Counted from the stretch's first letter, positions 42,523 to 61,978 are shown. The stretch is DNA of 64,000 nt from Amoebidium appalachense (GCA_963693365.1 CAVNZM010000004.1:2626389-2690388), one strand, 5' to 3'. The notes: generated from the letters alone by a model not told the origin. Made by a program: numbers and translations.

Positions 42523-42790
42523 TCTATGTAGTGAAGCACTAGCTCTATGTAGTGAAGCACATGTTTAAGTTGTGAAGCACATGCATAAACATCACCACAC
42601 AGTATTTATGAAAGTAGTGCCAGCACATAAACATCAAGAAAAATACACAAATATTGAAGCACATAACACATTTGCTCTCGATACAGTATGTTCGAGTAGT
42701 GAATTATAACACACAGGAAGATGAATGTGCAAGTAGTGAATCATAACAACAGAAGAAGATAAATGTGCAAGTAGTGAATCATAGCACATT
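42523..42790 (+). repeat. Degenerate tandem array built on a GTAGTGAA..CAC/CATAAC motif
   Basis: TCTATGTAGTGAAGCAC x2 (period 21) and GAAGATRAATGTGCAAGTAGTGAATCATARC x2 (period 38), with diverged units between. Confidence 0.7.
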
Positions 42791-43261
42791 CAAGTGTGAT
42801 ATCAAGGTGGCTATTTGCTTCCTTGCTACCCCTAATATCTTTTGAATCCCCAACCTTGAACGTTACCTTGAACAATCCTACCAGGGACCGATAACTTCTG
42901 GAATACAAGGGGCTATGTACCTTTTTTTTTGCTCAGACATAACTATGACTGTGTGAGATATCCATAGTAATGTGTCATTCCTCTGCATTCATACTTAGTT
43001 TTCCATGTTGCATTTCCGTTTTTTCAAGAAAAAAGTGTTGCCTTGTGAGCCAGGCCAAATCGTAGTGCACACGATCTCCAACATCCCCCAGCATCACCTA
43101 CGGGGTATATACGTACCACCACGGCCACCACCCCACATCCCACGTCTCTTTCTCTCCCTCTCTTTTTACCGCTCTACCCCTTCCCCCCGGCGACCCCCTC
43201 CCCCCCCCCCCCCCCCCCCCCTCCCCACCTCCTTCCCCCTCCGTCTCTCTCTTCTTTTCAT

Positions 43262-43301
<40 letters not shown>

Positions 43302-43755
43302 CCCCCGGGTCTCTCTCTGCCTTTCATCCACACACACCTGCACCTAGCTGCAGGATGCAATGTTTCCGCTCCGAGCCCCCTTCCCCACTCTCCTCCTTCT
43401 CCCTCAATCATGAGTTTATTTGCGGCCCATGCCTCCTCGAATTTCTATCCCCTCACTGGTTAACCCCCATCATCCCCTTATTTGCATGACCATACAAGAA
43501 ACACTCATCAAAAGGCTTACATAGCATGATATTATGGGGCGTTGCTCGTATAATAGACTCCCCCCCCCCCCCCCCCCCCCCCTTCCCCCCCCCTCCCCCC
43601 TCCCCTCTCCCCCAATCCCCCGTACCTTGCCTTTTGAGAGATATTATTCAGTTCGGTGGCCCCCCCCCCCACCCCTCCCCCCTGACCCCCCAAAAAAGCA
43701 CAGAAAAAGCTCAAATTTTTGGCAACGGGATTAACTCACCCAAGCACCACACCAG

Positions 43756-43788
<33 letters not shown>

Positions 43789-43844
43789 TTCCTTTTCCAA
43801 TCCTCCCCCTTTCTCGGCCTCCCCTCTCCCCAATGCAATGCGCG

Positions 43845-43991
<147 letters not shown>

Positions 43992-44239
43992 GGCATGTTC
44001 GAACGAGTGTGCATATCATGATTTTGTATTATACTACTAATAGTTCAATGTGACTTTATATAGATTTCTCTCTCCCTCCCAGCCCCCCGTGCCACAACCT
44101 AGTAGTATAGGTATGAGCATAAGATTATTTCGTATGATTCGAACTGAAAATATATCCACGAATTTTTATGCTTTTAACGTGGGTGACGCCTACCCTACAT
44201 TCCTCCCCACCACCGGGCCCCCGAGCCCCATTCCCTTCC

Positions 44240-44273
<34 letters not shown>

Positions 44274-45754
44274 ACAAAAAAAAAAAAAATAGAAAAAGAA
44301 TAAAGAAAAGAAAAAGAAAAAGAAAAAATTAAAAATAACGCAGACGCATGCACTCACGTACGCATCCACACACGCACACACGCACGCACACACGCACGCA
44401 CGCACGCACGCACATACACACACACACACACATACGCAAACACACACAGACAACCCACTCCATCCTTGTGCACGTGCGTGCTCACACACAAACACACACA
44501 CCAGCCATGGTATCCACCACCATATACCACCCACCCAACCACTCCCGCATTCGAACTTGATCTACAGAAACAGCTTTCTGCACATTTAGGAGTTAAAGGG
44601 AGGGGCAAAAAAAAAAAAACAATTGTCCAAAATCAATATTCTCGCACTTTATCTGTACCCAGCGTCGAGATTCGTTTTGCATGTATTCTATGAGTCCTAG
44701 CAGTATTCACGAGAGTCAGATCCTGAGCAGGTCATTATAACTTTTCTCAAATATTACCGTGACGGACCGACGGAAAAAGTAACTGTTGCCAGCTAGCAGC
44801 GATGAAGCACACCAGAAATGTGTTGTGTATATAATTCATGGGAGGAGGAGGGGAAGGTGGGTGCGTGGGTGGGTGCGTGGGTGGGTGGGTGCGTGGGGGG
44901 GGGGGGGGGGGGGGGGGGGGGGGATTCGAAAATTTGTGAACATGATATGTATGTTTCCTTCTCGCGTATGGCTCTATTTCAATCATAGTTAAGATATTGT
45001 ATCGCAGCACAGTCAACCATTATTTATTTGATAAAAGAATACCCCTGCCTGAACTTGAAGCCTGCAGTATATTCGAGCTTCGAGTCGTCAACTTTAACCG
45101 GGATAACGTGTGCAAAACCTTCAATATCTCCGGGCTGGTCGCCCGGGAATTCAAAAAGGGTCACCTCAGACATGCACCCCCCCCCCCCCCCCCCCCACAC
45201 ACACACCCCTCCCACCTTCCCCCCGGCCTCCCCCCCGCCCCCCCCTTCTCCTTCCCGAAAATTCTTCCCCTTCTGCCCATCAACAAAAACACAATACGCA
45301 AACACATTCTCTTTCTCTCCCTCTCCGCCCGGGCCCTCTCTCTCGGCTCTCTCTCTCTCTCTTTTTTCAACAAAATCCCGGCTTACAGCTACTAAGTATT
45401 ACTGAGGCACACAAAGCTGCAGATTTTCTATTCAAAGCGCGCACATTACAGTATAGGAATAGGAATTGCACGGCTCTTTCACTTGAAGATCTTGATTCGA
45501 AATGATATTGCCTTAGAAGAGACTAACGAACGTACAAGCCCCCCCAGCCCCCCCTCCCCGCCCCTCCCCCCCCTCCCCCCCCCCGGCCCCCCCCCAGCCC
45601 TCCCCCCCCCCCCCCCCCCCCCCTCCCCCCCCCCCCCCCCCCCCCCCCCCCCCACACACACACACCCTCCCCATTCGCTTGCAATTGAACACAGATCTTC
45701 ATTGCCGTTTCGATTCAAGATCTACTTAGTCGTAAGGCTTATACTAGCCCCCTA

Positions 45755-45797
<43 letters not shown>

Positions 45798-46345
45798 TCC
45801 CCCTCCCCCCTCCTTTTTTTCCTCCCCTTACTTTGAAGAAACAGAATTATGAGGGCATTAGGCCCGTGTAATGAACCGTGTGCCTCTTTCTCTCCCATCT
45901 AGAGCTCTGGCATTAATTTCTAAGAAAATATCTGCAGCTGCTGACTATAGCTAACCGCACACGTATTCAATACCTTCTCCCCCCCCCCCCCCCCCCCCCC
46001 CCCCCCTTCCCCCCTCTCTTTCCCCCCCCTCATGAATCGACTTCTTGAAGGAAAGAAAGAAATAGACCTCCACTGAAACACTGCCTCTATGTGTGTGTGT
46101 GTGGGTGTGTGAAGAGGGAAGGATCTCGAGGAGGGGAAAGAGGGGCAGAGGGGGTGGAGGGGGGTAGGTGTGTAGGCGTGTGGTTGTGTGTTTGATGTTT
46201 GTACACGTGTGTGACGGTGTGTAGTAATGTACGTGTGTGTGTGCACATATCTGCAGCTGCTTGATGTGTAGTGTGTGTGTGTGCACGTGTGTGTGCGTGT
46301 GCATGTGCGTGAGCTGTCTGCGCGCGTGTGTGTGCCTGCATGTGC

Positions 46346-46391
<46 letters not shown>

Positions 46392-46875
46392 TACGTTGTG
46401 TGTGTGTGTGTGTGTGTGTTTGTGCGTGTGTGTGTGCCTGTAGGTGTGCGCGTGTCACGGCGTGTGTCAACGTGTGTGTTCATGCGCACGGCGCGCGCGC
46501 TCGCGTGCTGTTTTATTGGGTGGACAGGGGGATAAGCGTTGAAGCTTCTGCTCCGATGTAGCACCTATGACTTTGTCATCGACCCAAATAATTCTGTTCA
46601 AAGCAATCTGAGGTGGAGGGGGGGGGGGGGGGGGGGGGGGGGGGAGGGAGGAAAAGATTCTGCTGCAATTTACACCACTTGTTGCTCCCTCAAGCCGACC
46701 TTGAACTTTATAATCGACTCTAAATGGCTCCATGAAACTCGTCAATCGCAACGAAAGCTGCAGCGAAAGAAATAAATGTACGATTTATTCTAATTTTTTG
46801 GTTGTTGTCACCAAAAATGGGCAGCAGTGGTTCCAGCAAACATACTAAAAATAATACTAAATAAATCACCTACAG

Positions 46876-46917
<42 letters not shown>

Positions 46918-46918
46918 A

Positions 46919-46957
<39 letters not shown>

Positions 46958-47738
46958 ACACACGCCGGGCTGGCCCCATGCACCCTCGGAATGCTCCAGA
47001 CTCACGGAGAGTAACTAAAATTCTGTGACTAAAACCCCAATGTCCCACGAGGAGAAATAAAAAAGAGAAGAGTACAGGGTGGCCCGTTTTATTGGCACCC
47101 AATCAGAAACTTGAGATTATGTTACAATAAATGTAGCCAAATCTAATAATTCCTTCGGCTATATACAAATGGGGGAAACAAAAGCCCCACTCCCACAGAA
47201 ACTCAAATCGCCGATCATAAAAAAAAAAAGAGCACAACACGACCCAAAAATGGTAATCGGCTTCTGGTGGTGTTTGTTGGCCATCTAGCCAAAAGCATGC
47301 GGCCCCCTAAGGGGATGGTTGGCTGGGGTCTTGCATCCCCGTCCCATAACCTGTCGTTGATGGTCAGTTCATATACATCCCTCACCCCCCCCCCCAAAAA
47401 AAGGGGGAAAAAAAAAAGATGGTCAGCTCAAATACATCCCTCCCCTTCTCAAAACAAAAAACAAAAAAAATAAAATAAAAAAAAACCTACCCAAACCAGG
47501 CAGCAGCATGCAGGCACAGAATATCCACCCCACCACCTATCCGACATCGACTGTTCCCACGACCACGTGCAGGCCGCATTTTTTTGCCACACATAGCGAC
47601 TTCAAACCAGCACAAACGGCCCCCGCAATCAACATCTACACAGTATGTATTGCCACACAGCCACACACCTACAGCAATATCGTGGGCCACCCAAACATAG
47701 TGCAAATAACAACACCACATACACACGTGTGCACTAAG

Positions 47739-47778
<40 letters not shown>

Positions 47779-47864
47779 CTGACTGCCAACATCCACATAC
47801 AGACATCAGATGCTTCGTATCCTTTTTCTTCAAATTAGAAAGACCACGATTTCGGTCAAAACTA

Positions 47865-47895
<31 letters not shown>

Positions 47896-48211
47896 ACCAC
47901 CACAACCCACCCTCTCCTTCCTCCCTTGCTGTCCGTTACAAGTATCTTGGTAGCCTAATTTGGTTCCACGGTGCTGATCACTGCACACTGCAACACCGAA
48001 GTGCCTGCACGTGCATGTGTGTGTATGAGCGTGTGCGTGCACGCGGGTGTGCGTGCGTGTTTGTGCTTGCGCGGCACACGCAAGCATATAGGCTTGTGCA
48101 TGAATGTTTTTGTGTGTGTGCGCATGATAAATGCAAAATTCGTGCTATCGCGCTGACAGTCATAGGGAGGGGTCATACACACACCACCTCACGCACCGTG
48201 TGGCCTGTGTG

Positions 48212-54036
<5,825 letters not shown>

Positions 54037-56909
54037 GTGTGCGGTTGGCGTTCGGGGGGGGGGGGTGTTTCCGTGTGGGTGTTCGTCGTTACATGCAGGT
54101 GCCCGTGTGCTTTGGCTTGGCTCCCGGTGCCGAGCTGTGATGGTGCTGTAGAAAAGTAGTCAATTGATAACCTAAGAAAAACATGGTTTCCCGATTACCA
54201 TTACCACACACATCATTCACACCCTCTGAATCCCACCCAACAACTCTCATTCTCCCCCCCCCCCCCCCCCCCCCCCCTCCCCCTCCCCCCCCCCCCCCCC
54301 CCCCACCCACCCACCCACCCACCCAAAACACACACACACACACACGAACACACACATACACATACATAGACACACGGAGACACACACAGAGAACACACAC
54401 AAACACCACCCCACCCCCCATCGCTTCCCGTCCTCCCCCCCCCCCCCCCCCCCCCCCCCCCCACACACACACACCCTACCCACATCCCCCTTCTCCCCCC
54501 TCCCCCCCCCCCCCTTCACCCCCCCTCCCCCCCCCCCCCCCCCCCCCCGCCCGTCTTCCCCTCCCTCTCCTCTTCCACCACCACCTCCCCCCCCCCCCCC
54601 CCTCCCCCCACCTCCCCTTTCCACCACCATCACCGCCACTCACCAGCCCCAGTTCCACAAAAAACCAAAAAAATGGTGCAGGTATATGCACCCTCCTGCA
54701 CACATACTCCCATGTTCCCCCACACACACGCTCAACCAGCCAGCAGCCTCAGCCACCACTCCCCCCCCCCCCCCCCCCCCCCTCCCCCCCCTCTACCCCC
54801 CTTTCCCCCTCCTCCGGCACTCATTTAGAAACACACAAACATACATAAACATAAACACACAAATTTGCATGCGCATGCATGTGTTTTACAGAAGCAAAAC
54901 TTTGTGTTATTACTAAGGAAAGAAACAGAAGAGATGTAACCTAAAAGTGTTGCAAAAGGAAAGAGGAACCAATGTGGAAGCAAACGTGGGTCGAGAGAAT
55001 TTTGGAAGAATTTTGTTTTGTCATATTTCTTGAGAACCCGACACACTAATTCTTTCAAGGGAACAAAGGAAAAGAAACCTGCATCTGATGTATGCTGTAG
55101 GTTAGAGACGGACGAACAAGAGGACAGTTTATTGGATTTTTTAGTAACAAGGCACAACAAGGAAACGCACAGTACTCCCAAGGAAAACATACGCACCTAA
55201 GAGTTTAAGAAAACGAAAAAAAAGGGAGAGACATCCTCTGAAGGAAGTGCAGGCGGAACACTCCTGTGAGTAAAGAAATGTGGATTGCATTGTTGAACAA
55301 GAGAAATGGCAACAAAAGCAAAACTTCCTTACCAAGTCTCTGGCGGGCATCAACAAGGCCTCATCGACTTCGAATGTTTTTGATTTGATACGGGCCACAC
55401 GTGCAAATTACACTTGCAACACACAGCCTCAGAAATAGATCCTTGTGACAAGACGAAACAACGTTACAAGACATCGGCATCTCATGTTCTAGCCTTATGC
55501 AAATGCATTCTACTATTTCTCTACCCTCTCTCTTTTGTTCCCACTTTCTCCTCCTCTTGCTTCGTATGCCTATGTGTGTGTGTAACCAAGACCTCCCATA
55601 AAGCCCCCTCATATAGAAGTGCTTTGTAGGAGGCCTTTTTCTGTTGGGAAACTGTCGGACAGGTCGCGCGATTCAAGTGCTTTTGGCGCGCTAATGCATC
55701 CACTAAACCTCCGGCTCAATTCGGCTCAGACATTTTCGCTCAATTTGCAACATTTAAATTTTGTATTGTGTAAAGGCTTTAGCAAGTTGCTTCTAATATT
55801 AGTAACCTTGCTAGGCCTACTTTTGATTCAAAAAAATTCTTTTACTTTTGCGCTTGCAACTAGCTTTCACTGCTCTTATTTTGGGGTAAAATAAGGCATC
55901 TTATTGCATGGACGAGAGCCTTATAATCATTGATAATCATAATAATACTATTTGTGAATTCTTTGCAGCTTGCAAACCTGGTTCTGGGGGAAAGTATTAC
56001 ATACAGGTGATTGGTTAAGTCTTTTGCGTAAAAAGTTCTTTGAAAGTTCTTCTACATTACCGAGTAGCGGTTTAGTAATTCTTGAATATCAAGAATATGA
56101 GCTTTTGTCTTTTTTTTATCTTGACTGGGATTTATTGATCAGTGGTCCAGTGGATATGAAGGCAACGTGCAGCCACAAGCTACATGACCACCAAAATAAC
56201 CGACTTCGAAAGAGCCACAGCGATGAAATAATAAAATTAAACAAGTGACCAAAGGACATCAGCGGGCAAAGGTACAAGTGCACGTGTATGCGTGAAACTA
56301 GTTTGCTCCAACTAGTCATATGCAGCGATGAAGACCAGGCCACACTCCGCAAGAAGACATAATACTGCTGCCCCCCAACAGGCCCCCCTCAAAACCTACC
56401 GGGGCACAGCAAGCAAGTCAGCCATTTAAAGAGCAATGCAGACCAAATCCGAGCGAGAAAACAATCCCCACGGGCCAGACCCCTAGAAAACCCGCAGAAG
56501 CTGTCTCTAACTCTTTGATAAGGTGTCCTAGTTGTGGCAAAACACAGAGGAAAACACAACTACGGAATGCATGCAAGCAAACCCAGTCATTGCCATACTG
56601 CTGAAGGCTGAAAACACAGCAGCCACAAGGAAAGCTCCTCGACGACCCAGTAGCTACCTCTCCACTCACGCAGCGCAGAAGCAGTTGAAGAAGTTGCAGC
56701 AGCCCACCGCCAATAGCTCGCGTAGCAGCGTAGATAGCGTGTAGAAGTTACCGTAAGTTGTAGTGGGCCACCAGATGTCGAAGAAACCACTCCTCTAGCG
56801 AGAAACTCCACGGAAGGGAGATGTCCCCACACTCTCACAGCAGTAGGAATAGACAAGGCCGCACTACACACACACAGTGTCACGTTCCCCTGAGTGGGAC
56901 CCCTTCCCA

Positions 56910-57310
56910 CCACAAAAAGAAAAAACGAAAGCCTTTATATACCTGTTATGGTGAAGAATCGGGAAAGAAAGTTGACGTGACAGCTAAGAGATCGAAGTAA
57001 AAGTGAAGTCCACAAAACGAAAAAACGAAAGCCTTTATATACCTGCCATGGTGAAGAATCGGGAAAAAAAGTTGACGTGACAGCTAAGAGATCGAAGTAA
57101 AAGTGAAATCACAAAAAGAAAAAACGAAAGCCTTTATATACCTGCCATGGTGAAGAATCGGGAAAAAAAGTTGACGTGACAGCGAAGAGATAGAAGTAAA
57201 AGTGAAGTCCACAAAAGAAAAAAACGAAAGCCTTTATATACCTGCCATGGTGAAGAATCGGGAAAAAAAGTTGACGTGACAGCTAAGAGATTGAAGTAAA
57301 AGTGAAGTCC
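56910..57310. repeat. Tandem array of four ~100-bp units
   Basis: Unit CCACAAAAGAAAAAACGAAAGCCTTTATATACCTGCCATGGTGAAGAATCGGGAAAAAAAGTTGACGTGACAGCTAAGAGATCGAAGTAAAAGTGAAGT, repeated four times with few substitutions. Confidence 0.95.
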
Positions 57311-57453
57311 TCAAACTTTTGTCACCCCCTTTTTCATGATTGCTATGAGCTAAAACACCCCTTAAATCAAATTACTGGATATCGTTTCTGAATCTGGGAA
57401 AAGGTACAGGGTCAACAGGGTTTGAAAGCATTCACCTAAAGGAGCCTGGCTCA

Positions 57454-57547
57454 GTCAAGCCCACGGCCATCTAGAAACAACTGAGTTCACTGAGAAAACC
57501 ACAACCATCTAGAAACACCGGTGTTTCTAGATGGCCGTGGTCAGGGC
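57454..57547. mobile_element. 78-bp hAT-type mini-element (57462-57539) with 18-bp TIRs and internal TIR duplication
   Basis: CACGGCCATCTAGAAACA..TGTTTCTAGATGGCCGTG. Flanks GTCAAGCC / GTCAGGGC match at 6 of 8 positions. A perfect 30-bp palindrome lies at 57505-57534. Confidence 0.7.
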
Positions 57548-58959
57548 AGGCCGTGCACATGTGAGGAGGAGGCCTTGAGATGTGGGGGCGTCACGAACTG
57601 TATGCGGCTAGCATTATGTAGGTTTACTGGCTGATAGAGCAGTGCACGTGAAGCTAAGATGATCAATAAGCTTCAAGAAGTTAGTGCACACCTCAAAGAA
57701 GGTTCGTCTTTCACTTCAGAGAAAGTCTCTTAGTACAGCACTAAACCCCTCTATAACCTACGGCCTGCATATAGGACACCTGATTTCCGTGCATGCAAGT
57801 CATGCTCACCTGTTCGTGATTAAAGCGAAATTTAATAGCTTATAAAAATGAATATGGCAAATATATAGTGGTAGCTTCATGATAGTGGGCATGCATATGG
57901 CACATGCATACTTGGCACATGCATGCTGGTAGCTTCTTGGCAGTGGACATGACATATGCATTAAGATACAGATGCGATTTCGATCACCTTTCAATCCATC
58001 CTGAATCGGAGGGTTTTATTTTATTTTATTTGATAGGTGCATTCTATTATTTAGGTGCCTTCTATTAAATAGGTTCCTCCTGATAACTCTTTTGCTCTGT
58101 GATTGCTTCATGATAGTTGACCTGGCGCCTTTCATACTGGTATCTTTAACGTCGTGGAGAACACATACTGGATGCTTCATGGACGTAGAATCTGCAAGAA
58201 GGTCTAGCTGGCCAAAGGTGCTCAATATGATCGTCGTCCATGCTACCAATTACTACATATATGCATGTTTCACACATGCACCACGTGCATTCGCCAGCTT
58301 GATAAAGATCTATTTTGATCGATCCTGCAGTTGTTTTGTATATGTTGAATTTTTGTACATGTAGTGTTATCCCGGGGAAGGAATAGTGCCTGAGCTGCGC
58401 CAGGTCCTGCACATAATTCTTTGTGAAATCAAGCCAAGACCATTTTGTGATAAAGTATATATATAGTCACCACGGTACAGGGTGACGGGTAAACCTGCCA
58501 GGGAGAGGAAGCCCGGCTTGAGGAAGGGCTGAAGGGGAAAGGGCCAAATCTCTTGCATACCCGCGGAAGTGTGGGAGGGGGGGGGAAGGGGGAGGGGGAT
58601 TTAAGCGCTAACAGTCACTATGCATTCCTCCAGTATGTATGTGCATGCTTGTGTGTTGATGTTTGGAAAGGGTCCCCGGGGGAGGGCCCCGTGGGGTGGG
58701 GTTTTTTTTTGTTTGTTTATTTGTTTTTTTCTTTTTTTCTTTTTTTTTTTTTTTTTTTTTTTTGGGGGAGGGGGGGGGGGGGGGGAGGGGGGGGGGGGGG
58801 GGGGTGAATTCCAGAGTCCTAACCACCTGGTTAACTCTTGATTCAATGTATGTCAATATCGGACAAAGGCCAGGTGAAGTGAAAGGCAGAGGGAACCGAG
58901 GGCGGGGGAGGGGGGGAGGAGGGGAATTGGTTGTCCCTAGGGCCTTCCAGAGCAGCACG

Positions 58960-59413
58960 AAAGTTGGTTGGGGAAGGGTGGTTATATCCGTGGCATACTC
59001 TTCGAAGGCAGTGGTGACCGGGGAAAGGTGCTCTGGCGAAGCAAAATCGTCAAAGACAGACGGGCTGATGGGCCCGGGGCCATTGTGAAAAGTCGACACA
59101 TTATAGTTCGGTGATGCCCGGAGAGAAAGGCCATGTTTCTGTTGTGTGTCTGTAACAGTTGTTAGATGGTTTCCGTCCGTGCGATTTCTCTTGGTTTTGA
59201 TGGGGGGTGGGTCTTGTGTCGGTGCTGGGCGTTTGTTCGGGGGGGCTGGCTTGGGGGGGTGGGGGGGTTGGTTGCTCTTCTTGGAAGTCGTGAGATCTCT
59301 GCGTGCCGTCGGCTTGACCTTGGGAGTAGGGGCGGGTACCTGTGTAGATAATGTGTGTGTTTGTGTGTGTGTGTGTGTTATGTGTGTGTGTTTTTCAGTT
59401 TGCGGGCGTGTTT

Positions 59414-59476
<63 letters not shown>

Positions 59477-59534
59477 CGTGCGTGCGTGTTTGTGTGTGTG
59501 TGTGTGTGTGTGTGCGTGTGTGCATGCGTGCGTG

Positions 59535-59573
<39 letters not shown>

Positions 59574-60066
59574 CAAAATTGTGTGTGTGTGTTCGTGTGT
59601 GTGCATGCACGTGTGCTCAGGTGGCAGTTTTCATGCACAGGTGCATGGCCTCTGGAAAGGTACTACGTTTATAACGGAATGATCAAAGAGGGAAAGGAAA
59701 GGAAAGAGTTTGGGAAGTTCTAAAAATGCGGGTAGGTGGGGTGGGGGGTGGGTGGGGTGGGGTGGGGGGGGGGGGGGGGGGCACGGTTTCAAATTTTGCA
59801 CAAGTTGGATGGTTCGACTTTCCTGTAGGATAAATAGAATTTACCAACGTATTACGCTATGTGGTAGAAACGTAGCCTGCAGGCCTTGTTGGGGCCATAA
59901 GCACAGCATGGTGTGCAATAAAGAAAAGGCAAGGCTTGGAGGGTGGAGGAATAAACAAGCATGATATGATTGAACCCAAAAGCTGGTGGGAAAGTGCAAA
60001 AAGTAATCATTCGGGGTAATCCTAGTAAACTGTTCTAAGCAAAACGGGGGAGGAGCTGCAGGCAGG

Positions 60067-60126
<60 letters not shown>

Positions 60127-60519
60127 GGGGGGTAAGGATACATTCAGAGCACGAAGCATTTTTTCATTCATCCATGCAGAGTGCGACACGCAAATAAAGA
60201 GTATGCATCGTATGCAGAGCCCATCCTCGGGAAGAGGGGGAGGAGGGGGAGGGGGGGGGGGGGGGGGAGGGGGGGGGGCTGGTTCTGCGCTTGAGAAGTC
60301 ATTCTTTTCTTTCTTTTTTTTTTTTTTCCTTGTTGAAAGAGCGCGTGGGCAAGGGGCAGAAAGCCAGAGAAGGAGCAGTGGCCTTATGGGGAGCCGGGGA
60401 CAAACACACGAGGGCACATTCCTCTGGCCAGCCCTACACTCCTCCCTACACACAGCTCCCTTTTGCTGAAACATGTATTCTCCTACCTCTTGACCTCCTC
60501 CCCCTCCCCCTCCCCCCTC

Positions 60520-60565
<46 letters not shown>

Positions 60566-61158
60566 AAACATGCACCCTGTCCACCCACCTCCTTCCTAGC
60601 GGGCATATATGAGCAATCGGTATGTCCCCAGGGCTGCGGTCCAAATTTGCAAACAAGTCACCGAGGGTTTCTTCTGCCCAGTCATCCGTCGCCACCAGTC
60701 TTTCCCCCTCGTCTTCAAACTCAAGTTGCAACGTGAAGTCACCCAGCTCCAGTAGGTAGACAGCACTCGAGGTCTCAGTCTTCGCCTAATGTATTGGAAT
60801 GTTGTTTAACGGAGGAGGGGGGAAGAAGGGTGGGTGGGTGGGGTGGGGTGGGTGGGGGGGGGGGGGGGGAAGAGAAGGGATTGGTAGGTAAGGGGAGAAG
60901 GGGCCCCGGGGGGGGGGGGGGGGGAGGGGGGGGAGGGGGGGAGGAAGGGGGGAGGAGGGGGGGGGGGAGGGGGGGCTGCGAGGGGTAGCTGGTGCCTAGG
61001 AGGGGGGCAGGAATGAAGTAAGGATTGGGCTTTGTAAGTAACAGCCTTCGGATTGGGTCGATAGCTAGAGCGAGGTTGGGGTTAACGAGGCAAAATGTTT
61101 TTTTTCCAACTTCCATTTTCTTTCTTCGTTTTCTTTCTCCCTCTTTTTTCCCTTTTTT

Positions 61159-61191
<33 letters not shown>

Positions 61192-61426
61192 TAGTTAGGC
61201 GAATACTGAAATAGATGATTTCTATTGCGGGATGGGAGGCCGGGGAGAGGGGGGGGGGGGGGGAGGGGAGGGAGGGAGGGATAAAAGCGTGTGTATAGAT
61301 GTGTGCTTGTATGTGCTCACACACAAAAGCTATGTTTGTGTGTGTGATTTTTTGTTCAGGTCGTGCAAAAAAACTACAATATCAATTTGCGAAGAAAACA
61401 AGACATCAAACAAGGAAGGTTGGGGG

Positions 61427-61467
<41 letters not shown>

Positions 61468-61978
61468 TTATAGAAAAGAATTGAGAACTCAGGAGAGGAA
61501 GACAGGGAGGAACTTCAAGAAAAGAAACGACAGAGGGTGTTCGGAATAACAAAAAGAAATCATAAAAAACACAGGTTTTTTTTTGGCCATCCAAAATGGT
61601 ACTATCTGATCCAGACTATTTGGCAGGGATTACGCAAAGATGGGCCATTCTAAATGGACAATGCACATTGGATTATCCAAACTATATGGGATGGATCAAT
61701 CTTAATCAAAAGAAAAAACAAAACAAAAAAACGATCTAAGATGAATTATTTAGAGGTGATTATTCAGAACGCAAAGAGTATATCACCACACGCACCTGTT
61801 TCCTCCTCATAGACGGATACCATCTGAGCAGGTGCTGCCTGAGCTCCTGCAACAGCCACGACAGATTCTTCCCCTTGATAAACTCCCATCTTTTCTCCAA
61901 ATCGTTAATTTGCACCCCGTAAGGTAAACTTTCGAACCTGACTCGAAGCATGGTCCTTATATTATTCTCGGTAGCCAT
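58960..61978 (-). pseudogene. Tandem paralog of the PB1-like/coiled-coil gene, frameshifted and truncated; exons 61978-61796, 60785-60589, 59339-~58960
   Basis: Same exon boundaries as the 48-54 kb copy. Exon 2 is 197 nt versus 198 nt (1-nt loss before MPA). Homology stops after DITTLPQPT and no coiled-coil region follows. Confidence 0.8.
60140..60233 (-). repeat. Copy of the dispersed intronic repeat
   Basis: The - strand reads CCCGAGGATGGGCTCTGCATACGATGCATACTCTTTATTTG..GCACTCTGCAT, close to 25860-25918 and followed by poly(C). Confidence 0.8.

Noticed and set aside
45024-45175. SH3 domain from LFEFPGDQPGD
   Set aside because: Lacks the downstream W and G.FP..Y motifs.
55970-56248. Metallo-beta-lactamase nuclease from VLHTGDW
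   Set aside because: Single short motif with no HxHxDH or other supporting motifs.
56935-57260. U1 snRNA-like 5' end (ATATACCTG)
   Set aside because: No match to ATACTTACCTG beyond the donor-complement core, and no U1 stem-loops or Sm site.
56910-57310. CRISPR-like array
   Set aside because: Whole units are repeated with no unique spacers, there are no cas genes, and the context is eukaryotic.
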